A DNA stretch of 64,000 bases from a bacterium (GCA_963675755.2 CAXXMD010000002.1:224001-288000); one strand, 5' to 3'; shown: positions 38,481-48,426, counted from the first letter of the stretch. Notes: generated by a model from the letters alone, not told the origin. A program made the numbers and translations.

Positions 38481-41298
38481 AATTTTTCCTTGATAACAAT
38501 CCTATAATACCAGCCAGAATAAACAAGGTAGTCAGAAAACACATCGCAACTCCAATAAACAAAGCGCTGCCCAGTTGTCCGAATCCTCTCCATATTGAAA
38601 ATACCAAAGAGCCAAATCCCAGCATGGTTGTTAATGATGTAAGAAGTATCGCTTTTCCTGTACTTGAATAGACAAGCTGCAAATTGCTCTTTCCTTCGCT
38701 TATCCACCTATGCATAACATGTACGCCATCATCAATTCCTATTCCTATAATGAGCGGCAAGCCCATAACATTCATCACAGTTAATTGTAAACCTAACAAG
38801 TGCATTGTACCAACCATCCAGAACACACCGGCAATCAATGGTATCATGGCAATTAATGCATAACCTGGTTTTTTAAAGTCATACCATAATACAAAAAACA
38901 TTAAAATAATGGTTAATAATGCTGCGTTTCGTCCATCCTGACCAATCACATCAATTAATGCTCTGAAAACAGGCGGCATACCGGTTGCATTGGGACTAAT
39001 TCTCTCCAAATCATTTGAGAATTGTTCAAGAAATTTGGCATCCTGCCATATATTCCCTGATGGAAAAACAGTAACCATAAATTGATCTCTTTTCTTGTTA
39101 CTGTAACGGTCCTTGATAGACTCTGGCAAATCGTTAAAGGTGATTTGTTCTGTTTTGCACATGTTCAATACTGAACTTTTGAAATAAGGGGCCGCTTGTT
39201 TTTGATAATCTGCAAGTTTAATATTGGCTGTAGGATTTGATGCCAATTCATCTTTAACCAGCGAAATATAGCTGATTGGATTGTCTGCAGAAGGATCACC
39301 AACGAGTTCTTTACACTTGGTATCGACCTTGTCTTGTCCGCCCAGATAAGCCATATCCTGCATTTCCATAATGTTCATCTCGAGACGTTCAAGTTCGGTT
39401 ATCAAATTTTCCATGTCTTTGGAAGAGATTTGGGATTGAATTGTTGATTTTAAAAGTCTGTTCTGAATCTCTTTGATGTACGGCTTTCTCGCTTGCTGCT
39501 GTTTTTCTGATGGCAGATACATTGAAATATCATCTACTATGGCTACTGTGCCAGTCTTGCGATATTCTTCAGCGATTCTTCTTGATTCATCTATGGTCTC
39601 AGACAGTACCATTCCATAATCCATACTCAAATCAAATTTGTCCAGAATTGAATCCTGAAGTGCAATTGATGTAAGACCTTCCGGTTCGATGTTCATGTAA
39701 TTATGGTCAAACGTAATACGAAATGCAGCAATTGTTAATATGATTGTTAAAAGTAACGCAATAGTGAGTGATATTATGGGGTGTTTGCCCAATTTACCGG
39801 CAGTTTTGCCCATAAATTTGAAAGAAAGATCTCTTTTTTGAGCCACAATCCCTTTTTTCTCTTTTTTCCTTTCCCGCAAAACCAAAAGTGCGGGAAGAAA
39901 CAAGAATGTAGAAACCATAATCGCCAGTAATCCAAATCCACTAACCAAACCCATTTCTTTCATACCGCGAGAGCTGCTTATAACCAATGCAAGAAATGCA
40001 ATTGAAGTTGTAATACCACCAGTCAAAATGCCTCTGCCTATTTTAGAGAGGGTGAGCTCCAGGGATTCCTTGATGGATAAGTGTTTGGCCCGGTATTCTG
40101 TAAACCCGGTAATAATATGGATTGAGAAATCTATGCCCAAACCAATCAGAATTACCGTAAACATGTAGGTCATCATATTGAGTTGACCCACTGTTATAGC
40201 GGCTACACCCATGGCCCAAATGATTCCAATGATAAGATTTATGATAGCATAAAAGGGAGCCATTAACATTCTGAACGCAATAATAAGCATTACCAGAATT
40301 GCGATAAACGCAATAACGCTGGTAATACCCAGACTTTGCTCAGAGTATACCATTTCGTCATGAGACACTGCCATCATTCCAGTCAGACCAGCATGAACCT
40401 CGGGAAATGATTTTACATGATTATCGATCAATTCTTGAACAACATCCGTTAAAAGAATGGTTTTGTCCATTTCCATCAAACTAAAAGTTGGGATAACGTT
40501 CATGATAATAGCATCCTGATCATATGAGATCATAAATGGATCGCCATACAACAATTTTTCAATGACCTGTTTTGCTTTAGCTTCATCTGCATTATCATTA
40601 TTGTAATTTTGTAATAAAGTTATAAAGTCTTTGATGCCATCAAGAAAAACAACTGCATTATCTTCTTTTTGCCTTGTGCTGATTGATTCCTTTTGTCCCA
40701 CATATTCCTTTTCCATACTATTGTTCATATTTTCAATCAAGGAGACAAGATTAGCATCGTAATAAATATCTTTAATGTTTTTCAAATCATCTTCTTTTAC
40801 CAGCAAAAGACCATTTTTCTTTAGAAATTCTATTTCATTTTTATAATCAATACGTTTAACAAGTTTCTGTGATAAAAGAGATTTTTGGGTTATAATTTTC
40901 TGTTCTAGTTCTTGTATTGATTTACTGTCCTGATTCTCTCTAGCTTTTAAAAGTTCCTGTTCTAATGCAGCAATTTCTGAATTTAATTCTTCATTCCGGG
41001 TTGAATCAACAAGAGTTAGTATTTTGGGAGCAACAGATTCCGCAAACGATTTAATCTCTTTTTCATCGCCCTGTACTATGACGACCAGGCTGGTGGCTGT
41101 TGAAAATTCATCCAGGATTTTGTTAAATTGCAATGTACGGATATCTTTTTCCGGTAACAGATCAGACCATCGCATTGTAATATCGAGTTGTGAAGAAAAT
41201 GCCATGAATATCACTGTCATTACGAGTACAAAAGTGATCATCCTCCATGGATGTTCTGCATGTGCATCAGCAAGACGGGATAATAATTTTTCTCTCAT
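38479..41298 (-). CDS. MMPL/RND family transporter (HpnN-like)
   Basis: 939 aa, 1+5 TM repeated twice; IGLGIDFSIH and IGIGIDDGVH; TGKAILLTSLTT..GFGSL. Confidence 0.9.
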   Translation of the reverse strand: MREKLLSRLADAHAEHPWRMITFVLVMTVIFMAFSSQLDITMRWSDLLPEKDIRTLQFNKILDEFSTATSLVVIVQGDEKEIKSFAESVAPKILTLVDSTRNEELNSEIAALEQELLKARENQDSKSIQELEQKIITQKSLLSQKLVKRIDYKNEIEFLKKNGLLLVKEDDLKNIKDIYYDANLVSLIENMNNSMEKEYVGQKESISTRQKEDNAVVFLDGIKDFITLLQNYNNDNADEAKAKQVIEKLLYGDPFMISYDQDAIIMNVIPTFSLMEMDKTILLTDVVQELIDNHVKSFPEVHAGLTGMMAVSHDEMVYSEQSLGITSVIAFIAILVMLIIAFRMLMAPFYAIINLIIGIIWAMGVAAITVGQLNMMTYMFTVILIGLGIDFSIHIITGFTEYRAKHLSIKESLELTLSKIGRGILTGGITTSIAFLALVISSSRGMKEMGLVSGFGLLAIMVSTFLFLPALLVLRERKKEKKGIVAQKRDLSFKFMGKTAGKLGKHPIISLTIALLLTIILTIAAFRITFDHNYMNIEPEGLTSIALQDSILDKFDLSMDYGMVLSETIDESRRIAEEYRKTGTVAIVDDISMYLPSEKQQQARKPYIKEIQNRLLKSTIQSQISSKDMENLITELERLEMNIMEMQDMAYLGGQDKVDTKCKELVGDPSADNPISYISLVKDELASNPTANIKLADYQKQAAPYFKSSVLNMCKTEQITFNDLPESIKDRYSNKKRDQFMVTVFPSGNIWQDAKFLEQFSNDLERISPNATGMPPVFRALIDVIGQDGRNAALLTIILMFFVLWYDFKKPGYALIAMIPLIAGVFWMVGTMHLLGLQLTVMNVMGLPLIIGIGIDDGVHVMHRWISEGKSNLQLVYSSTGKAILLTSLTTMLGFGSLVFSIWRGFGQLGSALFIGVAMCFLTTLFILAGIIGLLSRKN

Positions 41299-41319
41299 TT
41301 TTACAACTGTCCTTTATGG

Positions 41320-42438
41320 TTAGATTTTATTGATTTCGGTTTTGATACCCATCGTATCTATATCACTAATAAACTGTTCAGGATCTACTATATTGGCCTG
41401 ATACCATAAACCGGTTTTCTTAAATGTTCCTTCACTATATTGTTTTAAACAAGCAACTATGGGTACTGCTGTTAAAAAATATCCATCCGTATGCATCAGT
41501 TTAATTTGTATGTTTGATTGTTTATTGTTTGACAATCCCTCTGCTTCCAGGTTTAACATGGTAATAAATGGGGGCTTGCTGAATTTTTGCAGACCCCATT
41601 GAAACAATTTCCCAAATTTCTTTTCAGATTTTGGAAACCATTTTAATCCCAGCATTACGATTGGTGTAATAAGATAATCTGTTATTCCATTGAATCCCGT
41701 AATGTAAAACCCGGTTTCCTGTAATGATGGTATTAAATCCAAAAGTTCTTCAAATTCATTCATCACCATGGCAATACAATTCGCTTTGCCTACGGGGTAT
41801 CCAAAGTCATATTTGGGCATATTTTTGTAAGCAAGCGTGGTCCATTCTCTGTTCTGGATTATCTGTGGTTTGTAATCTTTGAATTCATGCACCATTTCCA
41901 GCACGGTTGATTCTGAAAAAGTATAAGCCTGCCAGTCCAGCCGGATTGTGCTAAAGATATTACCAGTGACTAGTTCATCCATTTCACTTGCAGCATAACG
42001 GACCAACGCAGCTGGAACCCCCGGATGAAATCCTGCATCTGTAATGAAAAGCCGCTCATTCCTGAGCATTTCTGGTCTGTATTTTTTTAAAATATTCAGT
42101 TTCTGATGATTTGATAATTGTGTGTCCAAATAATCGGTTCCGGTATTGATTGCTGCTTTTATCACATTTTCAACATATTCCATTGTGCTCGAAGCCATTA
42201 CAGTCATATCTGCCAGGGTAAATGCTGATTCAAGACTCTTTTGGTTTGCTGCATCAACTACCAGAGCATGAACACGATTACCTGAAAACATTTTGTTCAA
42301 CTCGTCGGATGTTTCCTGAGCACGATTTTTATTCCTGCCCGCAATGATGACATTTGAATCTGTGTGTAATAACAGTAATTCAGCAATCTGGAAACCTGTG
42401 TTTCCGTACCCACCAACAATCAGGAATGTTTTACTCAT
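41320..42438 (-). CDS. Saccharopine dehydrogenase-like NAD(P)-dependent oxidoreductase
   Basis: Rossmann LIVGGYGNTG, IAGRN, YLD, AGFHPG. Confidence 0.8.
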   Translation of the reverse strand: MSKTFLIVGGYGNTGFQIAELLLLHTDSNVIIAGRNKNRAQETSDELNKMFSGNRVHALVVDAANQKSLESAFTLADMTVMASSTMEYVENVIKAAINTGTDYLDTQLSNHQKLNILKKYRPEMLRNERLFITDAGFHPGVPAALVRYAASEMDELVTGNIFSTIRLDWQAYTFSESTVLEMVHEFKDYKPQIIQNREWTTLAYKNMPKYDFGYPVGKANCIAMVMNEFEELLDLIPSLQETGFYITGFNGITDYLITPIVMLGLKWFPKSEKKFGKLFQWGLQKFSKPPFITMLNLEAEGLSNNKQSNIQIKLMHTDGYFLTAVPIVACLKQYSEGTFKKTGLWYQANIVDPEQFISDIDTMGIKTEINKI

Positions 42439-42450
42439 AAATCCCTCTAA

Positions 42451-43677
42451 TTAAAAGTAAACCCTTAATCTGGCAAGACCACCATTGCCCATATTTTGGG
42501 CATAACATCTGCCATTTTTACCGGTATAATAATTACCAAAAACTGTCAATTCAACATCCTGAAATACACTGTATACTATCATTGGAACAAGCGCTGCTGA
42601 ACCATCACTAATACTGTATATGGTCGATAATCCGGCGGTAATGAGGTCCGTTGCCGGGTATTGAACCAATCCTGAAAACTGGTCTTGTGATAGTGTCTTC
42701 ATTTCCGAGGAAAACATCCACATCCAATCATTCAAATCATAATTCTGCCAATCCGATTTTGCCATTGAATTGTGATAATATTCACCCATAACATACAAAC
42801 CTGATTCAAAAGTATAATCAATTCCTGCTAACCATTCCCAATGATCTTTGATGGATTGAATATTAATGTCAGATTTGCTTTCCATCATGTTATAGGCACC
42901 TTCTGCCCAGACACCCAAGCTCAACAATTCTCCAACCAAATCTCCACCAATCAAATCTCTTTTATAATCCACTGCTTGGAAGGAATAATAATCTGTAAAA
43001 GTCCAGTACCTGCTTAATCCCATAACAGAGACGTCAAAATGACCCAGTCTGCTTTTGAGTTTCAACATTTTAGCTGTATCTTTCCATTCTTCTCCCGCGG
43101 CAAGAATGGACACCAGACTAAATCTGTCACCCAATGGCATTTCAAGTTTAATGGCATTTTGACCGGGTTGTTCATAAGTGGGGTCGAGTATATCTTTATG
43201 ATTAAAAACATCTGTAGGGTTCCAGGTATAACCTGTGCCCATGGGTAACTGTTGTTTCCCAACGGTTAGATCGAATTTGTCAAAAGCCAATCTTACATAT
43301 GCATTGTCTAAAAAGATTTTATCTGCTCTGTCAACATACATGGGCCCTATATTGGATACCATATCTCCAAAGTTGAAAACAAAATATGGCTTAATCATAG
43401 ACGGTACCTGAGCCGTTATGTTTGTGGGGAGGTAATCCAGCATGTTCCACTCGGTTTTACCATGATATGTGATATAATCAAAATTAGCACCAAAAGAGAC
43501 CCTGTCTGACAGATCCTTGGCAATATCTAACCGAAGTTTGTTCGAACTAACATTATAATAATTATCTTTAAAATTCAGTACAGTATATTGGGGTTCAAAA
43601 TAACCATATATGTCCAGTTCTTGAGCAGAAAGGAGGGATGCGAGCAATAACAGTATTGTGAATACTTGTTTTGTCAT
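42451..43677 (-). CDS. Putative outer-membrane beta-barrel
   Basis: Signal peptide; LDNAY...DLTVGKQ...G.G..WNPTD.FN; C-terminal RLRVYF. Confidence 0.7.
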   Translation of the reverse strand: MTKQVFTILLLLASLLSAQELDIYGYFEPQYTVLNFKDNYYNVSSNKLRLDIAKDLSDRVSFGANFDYITYHGKTEWNMLDYLPTNITAQVPSMIKPYFVFNFGDMVSNIGPMYVDRADKIFLDNAYVRLAFDKFDLTVGKQQLPMGTGYTWNPTDVFNHKDILDPTYEQPGQNAIKLEMPLGDRFSLVSILAAGEEWKDTAKMLKLKSRLGHFDVSVMGLSRYWTFTDYYSFQAVDYKRDLIGGDLVGELLSLGVWAEGAYNMMESKSDINIQSIKDHWEWLAGIDYTFESGLYVMGEYYHNSMAKSDWQNYDLNDWMWMFSSEMKTLSQDQFSGLVQYPATDLITAGLSTIYSISDGSAALVPMIVYSVFQDVELTVFGNYYTGKNGRCYAQNMGNGGLARLRVYF

Positions 43678-44432
43678 TTTTTTAACTCTCTTTCGGTAAA
43701 CATGTCATCATCCAAGTCGATATTATATTGAATGTCTTTGATTTTCATTATGGTATTGGTATTGTCATTTCGGTTTACCATTTCCATAAAGGTACCTGTG
43801 GGAATGCTATCAATAACTTTAATTTCTTTTTGGTACAAAGATTTTTCAACCCGGTCAGGATCATCTTTATAATAATCTATTACAACCGGTACAAAATTTT
43901 CTTTGACTACCCACATGACCATTTTTACATAAGCCGAACTTGCATCCGGTTTTCGGTTTAATTCTAATTTATAGCAATTGTAACCTTCTTTTTCCTCACT
44001 ACCTGTTATGGTAGTTGTAAAGTCCGTTAAAAAAGCGTTTGATGCGCCCATATCTTCATAAGAAAAATCGCTGCCTTCCATTTTTTGTTTTTTTGCATGT
44101 GTTGCCAATTTCCTAACTCTCTTTGTCCGTACAAAATAGGACCATATATCATCCGCATTATTGAGCATTAAAATCTTTTGTCCCTTTACCCGCTGGGGGG
44201 ATTCATAGATCATTAGATTTTTTTCGCCCTTGTCTTTTGAATAGGTAAGGTATTCAAAAGTACGCTTATCTCCGCTCGAAGTGGTTATAGTCATTTCCAT
44301 TGTTGCTTTACTTGATGGTTGGTTCATTAAATCATTAACTTTTTTTATTATTTCATCTGCTGTAGGTTCTGCTGCAAACGATGGTATGGCTATGAAAAAT
44401 CCTAAAAATAAGGGGATTATTTTCAACTTCAT
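43674..44432 (-). CDS. LolA-like outer-membrane lipoprotein-sorting protein
   Basis: Signal peptide; P..VKG...L, W.Y....RVRK, GSDFSYED, F.ER.L. Confidence 0.88.
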   Translation of the reverse strand: MKLKIIPLFLGFFIAIPSFAAEPTADEIIKKVNDLMNQPSSKATMEMTITTSSGDKRTFEYLTYSKDKGEKNLMIYESPQRVKGQKILMLNNADDIWSYFVRTKRVRKLATHAKKQKMEGSDFSYEDMGASNAFLTDFTTTITGSEEKEGYNCYKLELNRKPDASSAYVKMVMWVVKENFVPVVIDYYKDDPDRVEKSLYQKEIKVIDSIPTGTFMEMVNRNDNTNTIMKIKDIQYNIDLDDDMFTERELKK

Positions 44433-45025
44433 TTTTTTGCTCCTTTTTTAGGGTGAACGATCAAAAGTAAAATACCAATAAGCAGGGCCCCAAAACCAAA
44501 GACCCAGGTGAAAATTTCAAGCCCATATTTCAGAAAAATAGATACTGCTAAAATTCCACTTATGACCATGGTTTCACAGAAAAATAATAAAATTTTTCTC
44601 ACACTAAAAATAACCATAGAAAACATGGCGATACCTGTTGAAATTAACCAAAGACCCGGTATATAAATAGCTTGATCAATTTGTATAAATACAGTTGTAA
44701 AAATGATAGGGAACAAAAATATACTGAACGCTATGCCCCACATTTTCATTAGAAATGGATTAAAAGGTTCTATACCTCTGGATTTTGCCTCCCTGAACCA
44801 AAAAAATGTCTCCAGCGTTCCGCCAATGATAAATATTATAATCCATAAATTGAGAATGAATGAATATTGATTTGTTTTTATTAACCATTCTGTAATTAAC
44901 CCTCCGGCTAATCCCAAAAAGCCCCATTCAATCCATTGCCAGGGGGAGAAGAACATGCGGTCTGTCGCCTTGTCCATTAAATCACGAATATATTTAATCT
45001 GATCCAGTGCTTCTTCTTGTTTCAT
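44429..45025 (-). CDS. Integral membrane protein (about 6 TM), partner of the wHTH regulator
   Basis: Hydrophobic helices; N-terminal AL..I..IR.LM....WG; ATGA overlap with the next gene. Confidence 0.75.
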   Translation of the reverse strand: MKQEEALDQIKYIRDLMDKATDRMFFSPWQWIEWGFLGLAGGLITEWLIKTNQYSFILNLWIIIFIIGGTLETFFWFREAKSRGIEPFNPFLMKMWGIAFSIFLFPIIFTTVFIQIDQAIYIPGLWLISTGIAMFSMVIFSVRKILLFFCETMVISGILAVSIFLKYGLEIFTWVFGFGALLIGILLLIVHPKKGAKK

Positions 45026-45037
45026 TGTCCCACCATT

Positions 45038-45343
45038 TTATTTGTTAATACCTTTAATGATTTGCTCCAGCATTTCAAGATAGTTCTCGAAAGCCTTTTT
45101 ACCTTTTTCGGTTATACTAAAAGTAGTACGGGGTTTATTTTCTACAAATTCTTTTGTAACCGTAATATACTCGTTTTGTTCAAGAACTTTCATATGAACA
45201 CTTGTGTTTCCACGTGTAAGGTTTAATTCATTCACAAGTTCGGTAAATGACACCTGTTCTTTGGCGATAAGAATTGTCATAATTCCCAGTCGCGCTCTTT
45301 CGTGAAAAATTTTGTCTAATTTGTTTGTTAGTTCTGTAACCAT
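45038..45343 (-). CDS. Winged-helix transcriptional regulator (HTH_34/ArsR-like)
   Basis: LDKIFHERARLGIM..L, F.EL...L.LT.GN.S.H...LE...YI...KEF...KPRT....T.KG..AF..Y; ATG 45343 after AAGGA. Confidence 0.9.
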   Translation of the reverse strand: MVTELTNKLDKIFHERARLGIMTILIAKEQVSFTELVNELNLTRGNTSVHMKVLEQNEYITVTKEFVENKPRTTFSITEKGKKAFENYLEMLEQIIKGINK

Positions 45344-45364
45344 ATATCTTTTTTCCTTGGTGAG

Positions 45365-45389
45365 TACAAACTTGTTTGTATCACAAACA
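45365..45389. promoter_or_regulatory. Overlapping inverted repeats, putative operator
   Basis: TGTTTGT-atc-ACAAACA (45373-45389) overlapping TACAAAC-tt-GTTTGTA (45365-45380). Confidence 0.55.
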
Positions 45390-45507
45390 TGTCTACGTAA
45401 AGATATGAATAATTGTTTCATAATCAAGAAATATTTTTTTATTTTATAAATGAAATAATAAAATTTGAGTACTGTTATATTATTCTCACATGAACAGGAG
45501 TATTGTT

Positions 45508-45729
45508 ATGTCTGATGATTCTCACAATGCGGGTGTTTCAACATCCCAAATAAAATTTTGTGATTTGCGCTGCGAACATGCGGAATTTCCCAAACTTCAC
45601 GGTGTTGATGGTTCAAACAGTTGCAGAACTTTTGCAGCATTGTACTGTAAAGAGCTGGATCAATTGGTAACAAAAAACGCACCCTGTGCTGTTATTTTTG
45701 GTCAGCGTCGTCCAAAATCAAATGTTTAA
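45508..45729 (+). CDS. Small Cys-rich hypothetical protein
   Basis: AGGAG RBS before ATG 45508; five cysteines. Confidence 0.65.
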   Translation: MSDDSHNAGVSTSQIKFCDLRCEHAEFPKLHGVDGSNSCRTFAALYCKELDQLVTKNAPCAVIFGQRRPKSNV

Positions 45730-45744
45730 ATAGGGAACAGGGGC

Positions 45745-46623
45745 TTGAAGAAAATCTTGATTACCGGTGCCAGCGGATTCCTTGGCGGACATGTCTATAA
45801 ACTTGCAATGGACCGATTTGAAACATATGCCGGTTTCCATGATCATACAATCAATGAAAAAGGAGAGTGGGTACAGCTTGACTTGGCTGATACTGAAAAA
45901 CTGTCTCAAGTAATTCACAAGATTAAACCCGATGTGGTTGTACATTCAGCCGCTATCAGCAATCTGGATTTATGTGAAAAGGATCCGGATTTTGCTTACA
46001 AGATCAATACCACCGGTACATTGCATTTGGCCCGGCTTGCTAAAGAAATGAATTTCAGATTAATCTTTATATCTACGGATATGGTCTTTAATGGCCAAGC
46101 TGGAATGTACAAGGTTTCTGATCCTGTTTCTCCCATTGCGGTTTATGGGCAATCCAAAGTTACCGCAGAAAATGGAATTCTTGATGAAAAGATTAATGCG
46201 GTTATCATACGATCTGCATTGATCTATGGGCGTCCTGCAACCGGTGGTAGTTCTTTTTCCATGTGGATAGAAAACCAGCTGTTTGAAAATAAACCGGTTT
46301 CTTTGTATCATGATCAGTTCAGAACTCCAATATTGGTGAACAACCTTACAAGTTTGATCATTGAAATTGCCGAATCAAATATAACCGGAATCATACATGG
46401 CGGGGGAAGTGAACGCATTGATAGATATCATTTTGGATTAAAAATGTGCGAGCTGGGCGGTTTTGATTCATCATTATTATCAGCAATCTCCATGCATGAA
46501 CATAACCCACCTGCGCCCAGACCCCAGGACGTATCTTTGGATATTGCAAAAACAATACAGCAATGTAAAACACCTATTCTGAATGTTGATGCAGGATTGT
46601 CTGAAATGTTTAAAGCGAATTAA
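45745..46623 (+). CDS. RmlD-like (dTDP-4-dehydrorhamnose reductase family) extended SDR
   Basis: ITGASGFLG, HSAA, ISTDMVF.G, YGQSK, DQFRTP, RP.D.SLD; no rmlABC nearby. Confidence 0.85.
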   Translation: MKKILITGASGFLGGHVYKLAMDRFETYAGFHDHTINEKGEWVQLDLADTEKLSQVIHKIKPDVVVHSAAISNLDLCEKDPDFAYKINTTGTLHLARLAKEMNFRLIFISTDMVFNGQAGMYKVSDPVSPIAVYGQSKVTAENGILDEKINAVIIRSALIYGRPATGGSSFSMWIENQLFENKPVSLYHDQFRTPILVNNLTSLIIEIAESNITGIIHGGGSERIDRYHFGLKMCELGGFDSSLLSAISMHEHNPPAPRPQDVSLDIAKTIQQCKTPILNVDAGLSEMFKAN

Positions 46624-46693
46624 TTCATTGGGAATATACCCAATATGAGATTAGTTACACTAGTCGCGATTGTAGTTTAGAAAGGATAAAAGG

Positions 46694-47233
46694 ATGAACC
46701 AGATAGATTTTAAAGAAAGTATGGAGCTCTGGAGAACCCCGGAAAGGGTTGTTCTGGTTACCAGTATAGATAAGCAAAATGTTCCTCATGTTATCACAGT
46801 TAGTTGGTTTAGTCGGGTTTCTTTTGATCCCCCCATGTTTGCTATTGCTATTGGAAACAACCGATCCATGTACAACCTGATTAATGATTCAAAAGAACTG
46901 GTAATTGCTATTCCCGGTCCTGAACTCGCTGATGCTGTTTTAGGCTGTGGTAAAAGTGGTCAGGAGCTGGAAGATCGATTTGAAAAATATGGAATTGAAA
47001 CCAAAGTCGGTAAAGTTGTTAAGAGCCCATTATTATCAAACTGTTTGGTTAATTACGAGTGCCTGGTTAAAGAACAAGTTGTTGCAGGGGACCATACTGT
47101 TTTTATTGCAAAAGTAAAACAAAGTTGGGCATCTGATGAACCAGTACAAAACCTGATACTGGTAGGCGATGAGAAAGGGTATGACATACTTGCAGAAAGC
47201 GGCCCTTATAAAGTTGGCACCATAAAAAAATAG
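46694..47233 (+). CDS. Flavin reductase family protein
   Basis: VVLVTS, VSFDPPM, EC, GDHTVF. Confidence 0.88.
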   Translation: MNQIDFKESMELWRTPERVVLVTSIDKQNVPHVITVSWFSRVSFDPPMFAIAIGNNRSMYNLINDSKELVIAIPGPELADAVLGCGKSGQELEDRFEKYGIETKVGKVVKSPLLSNCLVNYECLVKEQVVAGDHTVFIAKVKQSWASDEPVQNLILVGDEKGYDILAESGPYKVGTIKK

Positions 47234-47242
47234 ATTTTACTC

Positions 47243-47273
47243 AAACCGCTGTGATCCTCAGCGGTTTTTTTTT
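47243..47273 (+). terminator. Intrinsic terminator
   Basis: AAACCGCTG / CAGCGGTTT followed by a T-run. Confidence 0.85.
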
Positions 47274-47331
47274 ATTATGATTATCCCTCAAATTTACTTA
47301 ATTTCTCTTTCATACAAGATCGGATTGTTTA

Positions 47332-48219
47332 ATGAATAAAGGCGTTATATACGCGGCACTTGCATATTTATTATGGGGTGTTTTTCCCGTTTTTTGGAAA
47401 GCAGTACAACATGTTCCCGCTTATGAAAGTCTGGGGCATCGTATGTTTTGGACTTTTCTTATAGCCGCATTGCTATTAATCATACGTAGAGACAAGTTCT
47501 TTTTTATAGAAATCAGACAACCTAAAACTATACTCGCTTTCATAGGTTCAAGTTTTCTTATTGTTTTAAACTGGTTTACTTTTATCTGGTCTGTTAATAA
47601 TAACTATATTCTTGAAGTCAGTTTGGGGTATTTCATAAATCCATTGGTACATGTATTGTTTGGAATTATTTTTTTAAAAGAACGTTTACGCAAAATGCAG
47701 TTGGTTGGTATTCTGATAGCTGCTTTGGGTGTATTTTATTTAACTTTTAATTATGGACGATTCCCCTGGATTGCTATGATATTGGCAATATCATTTGCAT
47801 TTTATGCTCTGTTGCGTAAAACCGCCAGACTTGATTCGCTTGAAGCTTTGACGTTTGAGACAGGTATTGCTTTTATACCTGCTTTGATTTATTTGATTTG
47901 GTTTGAAACTGCCCACCAGGGTTCTTTTTTTCATACCGATTATATTACTCCCGTACTCTTGATGGCTACCGGAATTATTACGGCATTACCACTGCTGTTA
48001 TTTGGAGCAGGTGCACGAAAAATTAAACTGGTGACATTGGGAATTCTTCAGTATATTGCACCTACATTACAATTCCTGCTGGGATTGTTCATTTATCATG
48101 AACATTTTCCCAGGGAGCGGTTTGTCGGTTTTGTGATTATCTGGATTGCTGTAGCAATATATACATTTGATAGTATATATACATTTAATATTAACCGACA
48201 GCGGATTGCCAGGGCATGA
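47332..48219 (+). CDS. rarD: RarD family EamA/DMT transporter
   Basis: AYLLWG..P.FWK, HR..W, NW..FIW, SLGYFINPL, G.LQYIAPT.QFLLG. Confidence 0.92.
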   Translation: MNKGVIYAALAYLLWGVFPVFWKAVQHVPAYESLGHRMFWTFLIAALLLIIRRDKFFFIEIRQPKTILAFIGSSFLIVLNWFTFIWSVNNNYILEVSLGYFINPLVHVLFGIIFLKERLRKMQLVGILIAALGVFYLTFNYGRFPWIAMILAISFAFYALLRKTARLDSLEALTFETGIAFIPALIYLIWFETAHQGSFFHTDYITPVLLMATGIITALPLLLFGAGARKIKLVTLGILQYIAPTLQFLLGLFIYHEHFPRERFVGFVIIWIAVAIYTFDSIYTFNINRQRIARA

Positions 48220-48315
48220 TAATTTTAACTGTTTAAGAAAAAAACTTGACTATCTGCAAAAAATTCTTAATTTCAATATTGCTAACCTGCCATAGCTATT
48301 TTTTAGTCTCACTTT

Positions 48316-48371
48316 AAGAGATTGATTTATAATCTCTTCATCAATAAAAAAGACCGGTCTTTTCCGGAAAA
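48316..48371. promoter_or_regulatory. Cluster of palindromes upstream of the MFS genes
   Basis: AAGAGATT-N7-AATCTCTT (48316-48338); AAAAGACCGGTCTTTT (48348-48363); TTTTCCGGAAAA (48360-48371). Confidence 0.55.
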
Positions 48372-48426
48372 AATGAGGTTGGGTAATCCAAAATATATCA
48401 TATAACTTAACAAGGGAGTGTAATCC

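Noticed and set aside
45405-45421. ATGAATAATTGTTTCAT, resembling the enterobacterial KdgR box
   Set aside because: Two mismatches, AT-rich context, not next to uronate genes, and from a distant lineage
45344-45427. N-terminal extension of the wHTH ORF
   Set aside because: ATG 45343 has an RBS and marks the start of the domain; the extension covers the putative operator
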